A DNA stretch of 45,114 nucleotides, counting the filler, from Catajapyx aquilonaris (Eukaryota): assembly GCA_000934665.2 (NCBI GenBank). It is 2 parts of 2 records of this genome, joined end to end, with 100 filler letters (N's around TTAATTAATTAA, not from the genome) between each part and the next. Parts side by side here need not be neighbours in the genome. Positions count along the whole stretch, not along the records: positions 22,603 to 45,114 come from JYFJ02005856.1; 1 more part is not named here. One strand, 5' to 3'. Below, in pieces: positions 23,297 to 34,800 of the stretch. The notes under the pieces were generated by a model. It had not been told where the DNA came from and searched no databases. It saw only the letters and a list, made by a program, of their open reading frames with translations. The position numbers and the translations under genes were made by a program. Positions within the stretch are counted from its first letter, which is position 1. Every line of letters begins with the position of its first letter.

Positions 23297-24469
23297 ATGG
23301 AGGGATGGGTTCTTCGGTGGACTTGCTTGTGCATTGCAGCTTTGACCTCATTACCTGCTATCCTTGGGGAAGTGGAGGAGATGGGCGAAGGTGATACTGA
23401 ATGCCCTGATCCGTACTACCGCCTGGGACGACATTGTTACTTCTTCAGCGGTTCACTCTCTTTCAACTGGTGGACAGCTGGAGAATTTTGCCGGACATTG
23501 AAAGGAACACTCGCTGACATTCATGACGAAGAGGAAAACGGCCTTATTTCAAGTTATATCAACACCAGTAAGTATATACTAGTATAGTTTCATTTTATGG
23601 TGAAAATAATATTTTATGTATCGTAATTATTTACTGTGTAGCAAATCCTGGTTACTATTGGATTGGAGGCTACGACCTAGGACACCGTGGTTATTGGTAC
23701 TGGGAATCTTCCCGAGAGCCCATGACATTTACCAGACTGGCACAAGGCACACCTCATGTAGTAGCAAAAATGGTCAGTTCAAAGGATCAACATTGTCTTA
23801 CTGTCCAAGTTACCAGTGCACTATGGAAGAGGGCAATGTGCATGCAACCTTTGCCCTTTGTCTGCAAGAGGAGCGATTCTCAATGTGTAGACGTTCAGCA
23901 GAATAATGGTAGGCCTACTTGATTATCTACGTCAGAAAAAAATGTTCCCTATCTGTTAATATCGTAATATTTTCCTGGAGGTTTCGGAAGTTGTCCTGAA
24001 TCATTCGTCAGGCTAGACACGGGATGTTATTTCTTCAGTGACAATCTGGAAAGTGACTGGCCTACCGCATCCGCAAGTTGCAACAAATTAGGGAGTCGCT
24101 TGGCTATTGTCGAGACCCCCGAAGAAAAAGCAAGCCTCGAGCTTCATGTTCAGCAAAGTGAGTTGTTCAATTTCCTTCTCATTTGATATCATTGCTTACT
24201 CATTCGAGTGGTATTTTTCAGATTACCCCAACACTTCCTTTTGGCTTGGAGCAGTCAAAGTTAAGGGTGAATGGGTGTGGGAGGGGTCTGAGAACGATGT
24301 GCAGGAATGGGAGGAAGACTATCGCGAGGATGGTCAGCAGCAATTGGTTCATGGAGGCTGCATGCTGATGGCGGAACCGAGGAATTCATTTCAGAGAAGC
24401 GAACAAGACTGTGGGTTTCCCCACAACTTTGTGTGCGAGGCTGGAATAGCTGATGGGGAACTCGCATGA
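23297..24469 (+). CDS. Secreted dual-domain C-type lectin-like protein; exons 23297-23567, 23642-23908, 23981-24157, 24222-24469
   Basis: Signal peptide MEGWVLRWTCLCIAALTSLPAILG; two CTLDs each with CP..CYFFS..W..A...C...LA.I, WIG/WLG and C...C.....FVC; phases consistent; AATAAA near 24623. Confidence 0.9.
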
Positions 24470-26369
24470 CAACGTACATATATTCTGGATCTTCAGTGAC
24501 ATCTGTGACCTGTCATCTTGTTGTGTATGATGAACGCAGCAACATCATTATTTGAAGAAAAATATTTTCATTTATCATTTTGATACTCGAATTTCCTTTA
24601 TGATATTTTTGTAAACGAGGAAAATAAAAAAAACAGGCTCCATCTTATGCAGCTTTTTAAATCAAAGAACATGTTGAGACAGCATAACAATTATACCGGA
24701 ACGTTTTTTTTCAGCACACACTGCAACATTGCTTCTCTCTTCGCCTATAGCAGTATAGATCTGCATCGTCATGAAACACCATGCTCTAGGCCAAATGCAC
24801 CTGAGTGGATTGAATCAACAGATAAATAGTTACTATGAAAACATAAAGTATTGAGATGCTGTAGAAGGACTTTCCCCTGAAATAAAGCAAATAAACCCAC
24901 CTGGGGAGCTGCTAGGGTGAGTGGTTTGGGAAGCAATAATTTATTGACGCCCCCTACCCTCCAGAAAGGTGGCTTCAGAAACGCACAAAGCTTCAGGAGC
25001 AGTGTTATATTGTTTAAATTTCTAGTTTGTTGTATTTCTTAGGAGACGCAACTGACATTGTAGAAACAGATCGTATATGCCTAAGGCATCATTGGCCATG
25101 GTTTCGTAAGTAAGCACTCAGCAAACTAGAGCTTCAATGGTTCATGATGGTTCGGTGTGTAGCAATATTTCTACTTTTTAAAAAGGTTTATAGCCAAGCT
25201 TCTGTGCTACCCCTGCTACCATCGTAAATCACCCGGACGCATGGGCAGTGAGACCAACACACCTGGAAAGGAAAAGCCATTAGACACTCCTCCTTCCTTG
25301 TCACCAAAGAATAAAAGCGAGAGCAATATTTCCTGGAGGAAATCTTTCAGACCAACAGGTATCATGACCCATTATTATAGCGTATTAAAAAGGGCTGCAA
25401 GACATGACAATCGCAGGACATAAATAATAAATTACACTTCAGAAGTACCAATAAGAAAATTGAGCAGTTGAAGGCTAGTAATAATGAAGTTATATTGCAG
25501 ATCTTGGTGACGAAGTATGCAACAATTCGCAATTAGAAAGAGGAGGTATGAGGCGCTGCGTCTCCTGTCGCGAAATGCGGATCGTCAAATTATTAACCGG
25601 ATGGTAAGGGTTCAATAAGTATCAATAACCATCAATATAATATCACAAAGTAATTATTCACTTAGCATTTCCACTGGCTGGCCAGAATGCCCTGGATGGT
25701 CTGTTCAAGCGGAGTGCAAGAGACGACTCCGGCTAAATTCTTCCTGCCATTCACGTTAGACAGTGTGGGGTTGGGGGGTAACACAGTGAGAGTTTGTGTG
25801 TTCATAAATAAATTTTAAGTAATGTACTGACGGACCAAAATTGACCTTCATTTGATCATGGAGAGATTAGATCCACCTGGCCTGTGCTCTCCGAAAAAGT
25901 TTGCTGTGATGGCCAAATTACGTCGAGTCTACGTGTTGTTGCCAAAATTGGTTCAGGAGAAATGGTGCATGCCCACTCATTTCATTTAAACATACAAAGC
26001 ACTGGGAGGCGGGAATATCGGGGAATATAATATGACCTTTTATTTCTTCAGCAGGAATATCACATTTGAGTGTGGAGACGTAATCGGGAGGGGACGGTAC
26101 ATTGAGACATTTACACGTGCTCTATCATAATAAGCCACGAAAAAAGAAATTATTGTTTACTTTCTGGTAGTAGAAATCTGACAAAAACACACACAAAATT
26201 ACATTTTTTTCCATTTCATAAGTATCAGTAATGACAACTTACTCATAAGTCACTCAACTCACACCCTGTATATATGCCCTTCCCATAGATATTTGACCAT
26301 GACAAATGCACCTAGTAATCCGTGTCACGTGCTTGTCCTTCCTTGATTACTCATTGCGATGCTCAAAAT

Positions 26370-27913
26370 ATGCGCCTCTTGCAGTACTTCGTTCTCAAAA
26401 GGCAAGATATAGGTATGCAGGGGGCCGTACCGAGGATCCGTCCTGGCCAAGTACAGGTGACGGAGATTAGACAGGTGGTGAGTGCAGTGAGCAACCACGT
26501 TAGCTCCTGTCACAACTGCGTCTACCTGACCACCGAGTACTCCTGCCCGTGGATCGCAAGATACCGCACTTTCCTTGCCCTTCCTGGAGACACGAAGGAG
26601 GACACCATCAACTACGCCTTGAGCCCTGGCAGTCGGGGACACCTTACGGCTCCTGTACGAGCTGCACTGGTGGACACTCTGATGGACTGCAGCATAGTTC
26701 ATGTCGAGATTCCCTGGGCATTTCACGACGAGGCCAACATGGTCGGTGTCAAGCCACAGCATTGTTACAGGAAGGCCATGAACCACGTCATCGAGAAGGG
26801 TGCCAAGCTTCGGACACTCTTGGCGGTGGCGGCGCCAGACCCACCCCAACAACATGCGAATGATGATCAGGAGGTTAGGTACAACATGTTCGAAGAGTGG
26901 CTGAAGAAAGTAGGGATCAAATGTTCCAATTTGGCCAGGCTTGCGGTTACCAAGTACACTGGAGATGAGGTCAATCTGGGTAGGATATTAGCTTGTCCCG
27001 AAGGAACGGGTCAGCCGTTCACCAATTTGGTAGAAGTCATCATGCAGGTCAGATTGGACCATTTGCATTTGACGTGAGAAGTGACTTTCAACGTATTATG
27101 TAATGATTTTTCAGGTAACTCCTGGTGGTGCGAAGACAATGTTGAACAAGTTACCAAGTTTTAGATCACTTACGACTGCCTTCTTCAAAATCAACGTCAT
27201 CAATCCTGTAGACCATACACTGAGGATCACGGTTACTGGTTATTACAATCAGACGCTGCAGGAACTTCAACCGGTTTGAGCTGTTGTAATTTTCACACAA
27301 ATTCTGTAGCTATTCACAGGCATCATTTCAGGCATTCCCTTCACCTTTCGAGTTAGCCGTGCAAGGAACAGTCCAGAGGCAGTCGTCGGCATCGCCAGCC
27401 CTTCCATCAATCCAGTTTATGCCGATGGTCCAGGATCTAGATGCTGATGGGCAACAACCCTCGACGTTGAACTTATGCATGTTGAGCAATCTCTACCATG
27501 ACTTGACTAGACTGGTCCTGATCCGGGTGGCCTGCACTTCTAATGGGGATATTGTCCGCTTTCCCCAGTTGAAAGTCCTTCAGCTGATTGGAATTATTCC
27601 ATCTCATTTGGACCTGATCTTCCAGGATGCCATCCAACTAAGCCATCTTTGCATTTCGGAAATTGGAGATTTTGGGCCACTGATGGATGCAGTGCATAGT
27701 GGTCAGGTACTGAATGGCCTTTTAGTGCTAGAAATTGTCAGACCCTCGGATTTTAACGTGGATATATGTATCTTCTTGCTGGATAAGTTGCCGTCGGTAT
27801 ACTTCCTGTATGGTGCTCGCAGTTGGGGTTGGGGACAGGGAGAAATAACTAATTTCAGGCATTATGTCGCCCAATGGGGCAGGGTCTTTGTAGTGAATTT
27901 TGGAAATCTTTAA
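26370..27913 (+). CDS. Uncharacterised ~470-aa protein with degenerate leucine-rich (RNI-like) repeats; exons 26370-27047, 27115-27273, 27332 (or 27320)-27913
   Basis: Three open exons joined by short phase-0 GT-AG introns; LxxLxL motifs (LTRLVL, LKVLQL, LSHLCI, LLVLEI); AATAAA near 27976; start codon uncertain. Confidence 0.65.
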
Positions 27914-28050
27914 TCACATCTGTCCAATTATATCAATCGAGATGATCATGTAAATTGTATATATAATGCTGTTTCAATAAATTTATGTTGTGTTGGGCAA
28001 TAAGTTGACTAGGAAATTATTACCTACTACCATACTACCATACATTTTAG

Positions 28051-28617
28051 CCTAGAATGCATAGGCCTAAGGCCGAAGTCCAGAGAGCATAACTTTTCAG
28101 GTGACACAAAAAAACTGTGCAAAAGAAACTGTCAACATTATGAAATTGAACTTTTCCTCCTCCATGCAGGATGGGAGAAGCTCTGTGCACAATATACATG
28201 CACACCATACGATGCTGTCACTTATGCAGGTGAATAGGAAAATATTTTTGAAGATGCCGGACTTGGGCCTTATGCATTCTCAACGACCTGTGAAATATTA
28301 CTTTCCAGTGTAAACACGAATTATTTCATCTCTAAACTCACTTGTGGCCCAGCATAGACTTTTTGTGCTGTAAGGAGCCAATCAATCTGTCTGTCTGACC
28401 AGTAAAGCATGACACCATGATCTCGCTCAGAATTCATACAACAAAAGTCCCTAACTTGGGTTATGTACGTTCCAGATGCCAATCCCATTTTAGTGCGCCA
28501 GGAATGAACTTGGGTTGATACCATTCTATCAGCATGAGGGCGGATGCTATCGGAACTCTTCCACGCCTGAATCTCATTTTCGAAAAAAATTGACTTAGGC
28601 CTATTGCATTTTATAGG
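28051..28617. mobile_element. Degenerate inverted-repeat element
   Basis: CCTAGAATGCATAGGCCTAAG / CTTAGGCCTATTGCATTTTATAGG termini. Confidence 0.4.
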
Positions 28618-29006
28618 CAAGGTGTATAGAGGATAAGGTGAGCTCGCACCGCGAGACAGTTGATCGCTTGTTTGACCGCCGAAGAGAGGCTTGACCAGCC
28701 TGCCGAGAGTTGGCGCTGTCGTCATGGATTGGGGCGGTTGGCCTGGGTCGCTCATGGATTGGGAGACAACACAATTCTCCAAATTGTTAATTACGTACTT
28801 CCCTACAATAAACTTGATCCCAGGAAGGAGGATGTGCTGCACACTGCAATTCAATTAGGGAAATAAGAATTTCGTTTGGAATAAAATATTTATAGTAACT
28901 TGACCCTTACTACTATAAACCAGTCAACTTAATTATCAACATATGTCAAGTAACAGGTTGAGCAACAAGATCAACTAATGCAATCCAGTTTGAAAGGTAC
29001 TGCATT

Positions 29007-30347
29007 TTATTGTGTAATATCCACAATTTCATCATCACACAAGTCCTCAGTTTGCTCCATGTAGGCCTTAATGATTACACATTTGGCAACACCACAATCA
29101 CATGGGATGGGATGAATCTCAGTCTCTGGATCCAGCATGGTGAGGCCAATGTCATACTTGCGAGAATCTTCACTACTCTGCTTGAGATCAAGCTGCCATC
29201 CAATAACTTCCCCTTCTTCAACCAGCACTGTGGCAGGCAACACCAAAGCAACCTGTTTCCAGTGTGTAATCTTCTGGTTTGGCGATGTCGACAACAGGTG
29301 ACCCCCTGGAAAAATACACTCAAACCACACACACAAGCCCTGCAACTTTCCAGCCTTCAGAGCTGACACAAATTTCGTATCGTGGATCCCTCCAACTTCT
29401 GCAGGTGTAACCTTATACAAATCCCAGTCTAATATTAAGGTCGGCTCAGCCAAACGGTCATCTGGAAAGATTTGGGTGATCTGAGGACCATTAATAATTG
29501 CTGCTAATGCATGTGGCTGCACCGGAGTAAAGTCAAAGCCGTACAATTTGGACGACCAAAAGTGAACTGAGGTAGAATAAATTGAAGGCAGTGAAACAGG
29601 GCAAGCAAAAAGGCGAGCTTCTGAAGGGAAAAGATGGCCATCAGGCACCAACAAGTTGTCACGTGCATACAGCACAGACGAAAGCATTGACTCGTGTAAG
29701 AGGTATATTCCCATCCATTCTGAAACTATGACATCTGCTTTTTCTGGCAATGTGGCATCTTCCACTCGAGAGTTGATGACCTCCACCACAGCCTCGAAGC
29801 CATTCTTGGACACAATCTCTTTCAGGATAGAAGCGGTGCTGCTTGCTTCAACTGCATACACTCTTCTGGCACCAGCACTGGCGCTCAGGAGGGACAGAAT
29901 GCCTGTTGAGCACCAATTAATAGCATTTACCTCTGAAGTCATGCAAATGTTATATACCAACCCAGTCCTGCTCCAACATCGAGGACAACCTTCCCTTGGA
30001 ACAGGTGATTGTTCCTCTCGATGGCCACCCGGTACGCTTCAACCCGAGAGTCATCCTCCATCATGGTACGGTGTACCTGGACATGATAAACGGTGCTCAT
30101 GACAACAACACTCTACAACGTGGTCGCAACAAGCATCCTTTACGTCCAGATCTTGGTAGCTGGCGTAGTAAGGATGGTCCGTCATCTCCGGCTGCTGGTG
30201 GTCCCCTCCTGCTGGCCCCTCCACTTCCTGGTCTCGCTGCATGGTTGCTGTCCCCTCTGGGTCGGCGCGGCGCACGTGGTCCTGGCACCGGCTCCAAAAA
30301 GTGTTCACCGGGATATTAGTCCCCATTCTTCCCGCCAGATGGTGCAT
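29007..30347 (-). CDS. Type I protein arginine N-methyltransferase (Art8/PRMT6-like); exons 30347-30144, 30076-29962, 29902-29007
   Basis: YYASYQDLD|VHRTMMED (YFxxY-like helix), motif I VLDVGAGLG|ILS, post-I VYAVEAS, double-E loop SEWMGIYLLHESML, THW loop, C-terminal HPIPCDCGVAKC; start ATG uncertain. Confidence 0.92.
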
Positions 30348-30800
30348 CCATCTCTCCCTTATGACGACACCAAATATGGCGGACTCTGGTCGAGTTGTTT
30401 TTTCCGATTCTTCCGCCTACAAAGTGCGCCTCTGCCTTCCTCGCCCACTGGCTGTGTGAGTGGAGGGGGCACTGACACCTCCCTCGCACTGCACTCTCCA
30501 GGCCCTCTGCCCCTCTGCCACACCAGGCCAGGAGGCCTCTCCTCCCTCTCCATTGGGCGAGATTGATATCCCTCCGTCGGAGATACGTGCTTGCGTGTCC
30601 TTGGGGATCAGCTGCTCCACCACATCAAACTGCGGAGTTGCTGCCTGTCAGAAGGATCGGGCCTGGTAGGTACGGGGTCTGCTGGGAATGAGTTGTTATG
30701 GCCGGGGTGGGTGGGGGGGACGGTCATGTGGGTCATGTGCCCCGGCGGTTATGTCACGGTTGCCGGGGGTCGATCCATCGCATCGCTGGCGTTACCCATT
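30100..30800. promoter_or_regulatory. GC/CpG-rich putative bidirectional promoter (PRMT / TBC1D9)
   Basis: CpG-rich island between divergent genes; YY1/Pho-like AAATATGGCGG at 30372-30382. Confidence 0.55.
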
Positions 30801-31826
30801 ATCGAGTAGACATAATATTATGTATTCAGCAGCACAAGGACGAGCCATTAGCCATGCAGCCTGGGGTGCAGGGGGATTTGGTATCTTGGTGAGGTCACGT
30901 GAGAGAGTGATGACCACAGAGGAAAACACGTAGGTCAGGGTTGGAGATCACTCATTATCCAGGGGCATTACATGTGCAGTTAAATTGGGAAGTTTGGGGT
31001 TATCCTGTGTGTGAGATTAAAGAGAAGGTTTTTGTTGTGGTGTGTTATCTCCTCTGCTTTTCTCTCTCTCTGTCATGCATACTGTATTAGTGTTTGCTTG
31101 CCCCCTCACTTCCATAGTTGTTATCTGTGGTGAGTGTGTGCACCAGATGTTTGACAGTGCCCTCAGCTGAGGCATGCTATGTGAAATAAGCGTGGTTTCC
31201 ATGTACTCTGGGGCTGTGAGGATACACCTGCACGGTGGGATAAACATAACAACTGCCACACGTTTTTCAACATGGTGTGTGGCCGTTGTATTATTCAGAA
31301 AATCTCTGATATTGCATACATTTGTGAAAAAAGTTTTGAACTTGAAATTGTATCCAGAAAATGTTGAAGGTGAAAGATGTACTTTGCCAATGAGCGTGAC
31401 ATTTTGCTTACAAATCTGTAGCAACACACAGTAGTGTTTCATTTATCCAAACTTCTCTGGGCATCCTCACATTAATATTGTGTTACTTATCAGAGTTATC
31501 ACTATTTACAGAGTGTCCTGTGTGCGCAGCTTGACATGTAGTGTATATTTACAGTCAATCCCAGATATAGTTTGTCAGTGGGTCAACTGCAGTACTCAGT
31601 TTACATTTTTGTAGATTAGATATGTGAATTTAAATTTATACTGTGCTTTCATTTTGTGTAATTTGGTCATTTTTAAACATGTACTCACTGAACAATCGTG
31701 TTTAGTCCAGATAGATAATAATCAAGACTATTGTAATATGTATGTTGAATGACAAAGGTCCTTCACTTATTTCAGAAGTAATGCATCCCACTTCATTGTG
31801 ACCAGCGATCGCACATCCGAACAAGC

Positions 31827-34800
31827 ATGTGGGTCAAACCACAAGAAGTTCTTCTTGCAAATGTGTTCTGGTAATTGCCCTTATTACTAAATGAAGTCCT
31901 CAGACTAAAGTCATGGTTCATTTTTTATACTCTGCTCAGTCTGCTGTAGTACTGACAAATGATGAAAAACCAAAGATCCATGGCCCCATTCATTGCCATT
32001 GCAATCCTTGCCTTTAAGGCCAGGTTCACCACTCAAGGAAGATGATCCTAACCTGGATCTAATAAATGTTATTAATTGTTTATTATTGCCAACAGTGAAT
32101 TTAATATATTAAATCCTGGTTAGATCATCTACCTTCTACCGTGAGTGGTGCAACCCGACGAAGTGAACTATAGCAACAGAGGTTCTTGTTCGGTGTTCTT
32201 GGGCCTCACTCATTGATTATTATAATTCATTTTAATAATGGTCACCAACATTGTCAATGATTATCTGCCACAAATGGGCATGCTGTTGAACCATCAAGCA
32301 AGTGAATGGAACAAGTCCAAAGTTTAGTAAAAGTGATAGGAGGAAGTGTTGCCATAGAAAATTATGCTCCGCCTGATAACTGTCAGGATCTTCAACTGTG
32401 ATGACAGGTCAGAGGCACTCTTGGTGGCCACTTGGAAGTGAAGACGAGTAGGTGCAACAAATCGGGGAGGATTCATCAAATGTCGTAAGTCAAATTTTAG
32501 TCGTAAACGGTAGTAACCATAGTTACTAATAATTAACTATGGTTATGACTGGTTCTGGCAAAAATTTGACTTGTGACATTTGATGAATCCCCCCCCTCAA
32601 GACTTTTTTTTTTCCTTAATGAAATATTAAGGTGGATGAGTTGTTATTGTAGCTATGCATGTCATCTAGTTCAAACTCTTAACACATTAAATCCACACCT
32701 TGACAGGACAACAGAGCATGCCAATCTGTACTTTGTGCTGCAGCGTCGGAAAGGCCATGGGGGAAGCAAAGGACTCTCTTCAGTATTTGTGGGCACCCTG
32801 GACAGTGTCTTTGATACCAAGCCACTTCCATATCGGATCTTGCACCAGACACCTAACTCAGAAGTGTACCATTGTAAGTAGTTGACCCTGAAAGCCACTT
32901 AGTTAGTAGTCACATCAGTAGTAGTGGTGGTTGTAAATGTCCTGGTTGAAAGGCTAGGTCATAATGTTTTAAAAATGCATTTTTATTATTTATTTACAAT
33001 GTGGAAATTAAGATCTGGGGAAAAAAAGACTCATATTTTGGGGACTTAACTGCTTGCAATTTACCACTGAAAACCACAGCCTTGACCAGGAAGGACCTAA
33101 AATAGTAAGCCAGTAATAGTGGAAGAGCCAAACCAGACTTATCATATCACTCTGAATATAATAATAATAATGGATACCCCGTGATAGGCCCCTTGGGCCT
33201 CTTAGGGGATCATCTTTTGAATTACCGACTTTAATCATTTGCCTGAAATGTGATGGATTTTGATAGTGGGAGGAAACGGGAGAACCCCGAGAAAACCCAC
33301 GTGAACACGGAGAGAACCCATCGAAACTATCCACATAAGTATCCTCCGTCCGACCCGGGGATCGAACTCGGGACCTTAGAGGTGGAAGGCTGCGGCGCTA
33401 ACCACTCCACCACCGTGTCGCCCTATATCACTCTGAATATTATGACATGCCTGTAAAAATGGAGTGGCCAGATTATATAAAATGTATATCAGATGGCATG
33501 CCAATTCCCAGTGTAAGGCAAGGCATATCAGCATAGAGATGAGTATTGCATACATTTTATCTGCAAAGAATACAGCAAGTGAAAATTGATTTCTCCCCAG
33601 AAGGGGAAAAATATATACAACTATACCTAGGCTCTCTCCCACATCAGTTAGTGTCCATTTGTAAAAACTCGACGCTATCACTGCGCAACTGTTCATATAA
33701 TGCAACCTTTGCCAGACTATCATTTTTGTGTAAAATCCTGAGTTGAATTTATACTTTGATCGTGTAAGTTTTTTTGCCCGTCCACACTAGGCAGTTACAA
33801 TTAAAATATCTAACACTTTTCAAGAGACTCATGTGGAAGTTTGTCAGAATTTGTCCCCCTTTATATTGGCCAGATGGCTTCTCTGAGGTATTCCTGTCCT
33901 CTGGTCAATCTCCGAATCTTGGTTAATGCAGTGCTGTTGCTACTTGGGAGGTATAAATATCAGTCCCCTTTTTCTTTTAACAGTGATATCATGTGCCCTG
34001 ACTTATCAAGAAATACTAGATGACTGGAATTGGTTAGAGAAGAACTTGCTGGATGTGCTCACTAACTTTGACTCTGAGGATGATATAACAGACTTTGTCA
34101 GATGCAAGGTACACAGCTTGATGGCCAACAGCCAGCGCAACCTCCAAGCATCAACCGAAGATGATGAGTCTCAGGCCTTCAAGACCACTTCTCAAAAGTT
34201 TCATCGACTTTTCAACATGAAATCTGGAGAGAAGCTTGTCAACTACTACTCTTGCAGGTACTACATTACTACTGAAGTCCATAAGCTACCAATGAATATA
34301 CTTAAAATTAGCTTTTGACACAAGATTCACCATGTTCACACTGGGCAATCCGAAATATTACAGTATTATAGCTTTCTTTTGCATATTGACAAATTTTACA
34401 TGCATGATTGTGTCCATTCAGCTATTGGAAAGGAAGAGTTCCATGGCAGGGTTGGATGTACTTGAGTGTGGACCATCTCTGCTTTTACTCTTACCTGCTT
34501 GGGAAGGAGATCAAGGTTAATCTCAGGTGGACAGAGGTGACTGCACTTGACAAGAGAAACTCCATGCTTTTTCCAGACAGTATTCGAGTGGCCACCAGAG
34601 AAAAAGATGTGAGTAATATTCACATATTTTTGTGTGATTGGTACCCTGGAAATAATGTATTTCTGACATAATGTTTTCCCTGCTCCTGCAGTATCACTTC
34701 TCCATGTTCATGGGAAAAACGGAAACTTTCAATCTCATGGAACAGCTTGCCACCATGGCCATGCAGAGGTATATTCTGCCTTCTAGTAATTGGGTAATGT

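Noticed and set aside
28321..28866. 177-aa minus-strand ORF and 68-aa plus-strand ORF
   Set aside because: Overlap an inverted-repeat element and the PRMT 3' region; no motifs or convincing splice context
29996..30933. Many overlapping ORFs in the GC-rich island
   Set aside because: Stop-poor GC-rich sequence and antisense shadows of PRMT exons; no recognisable domain
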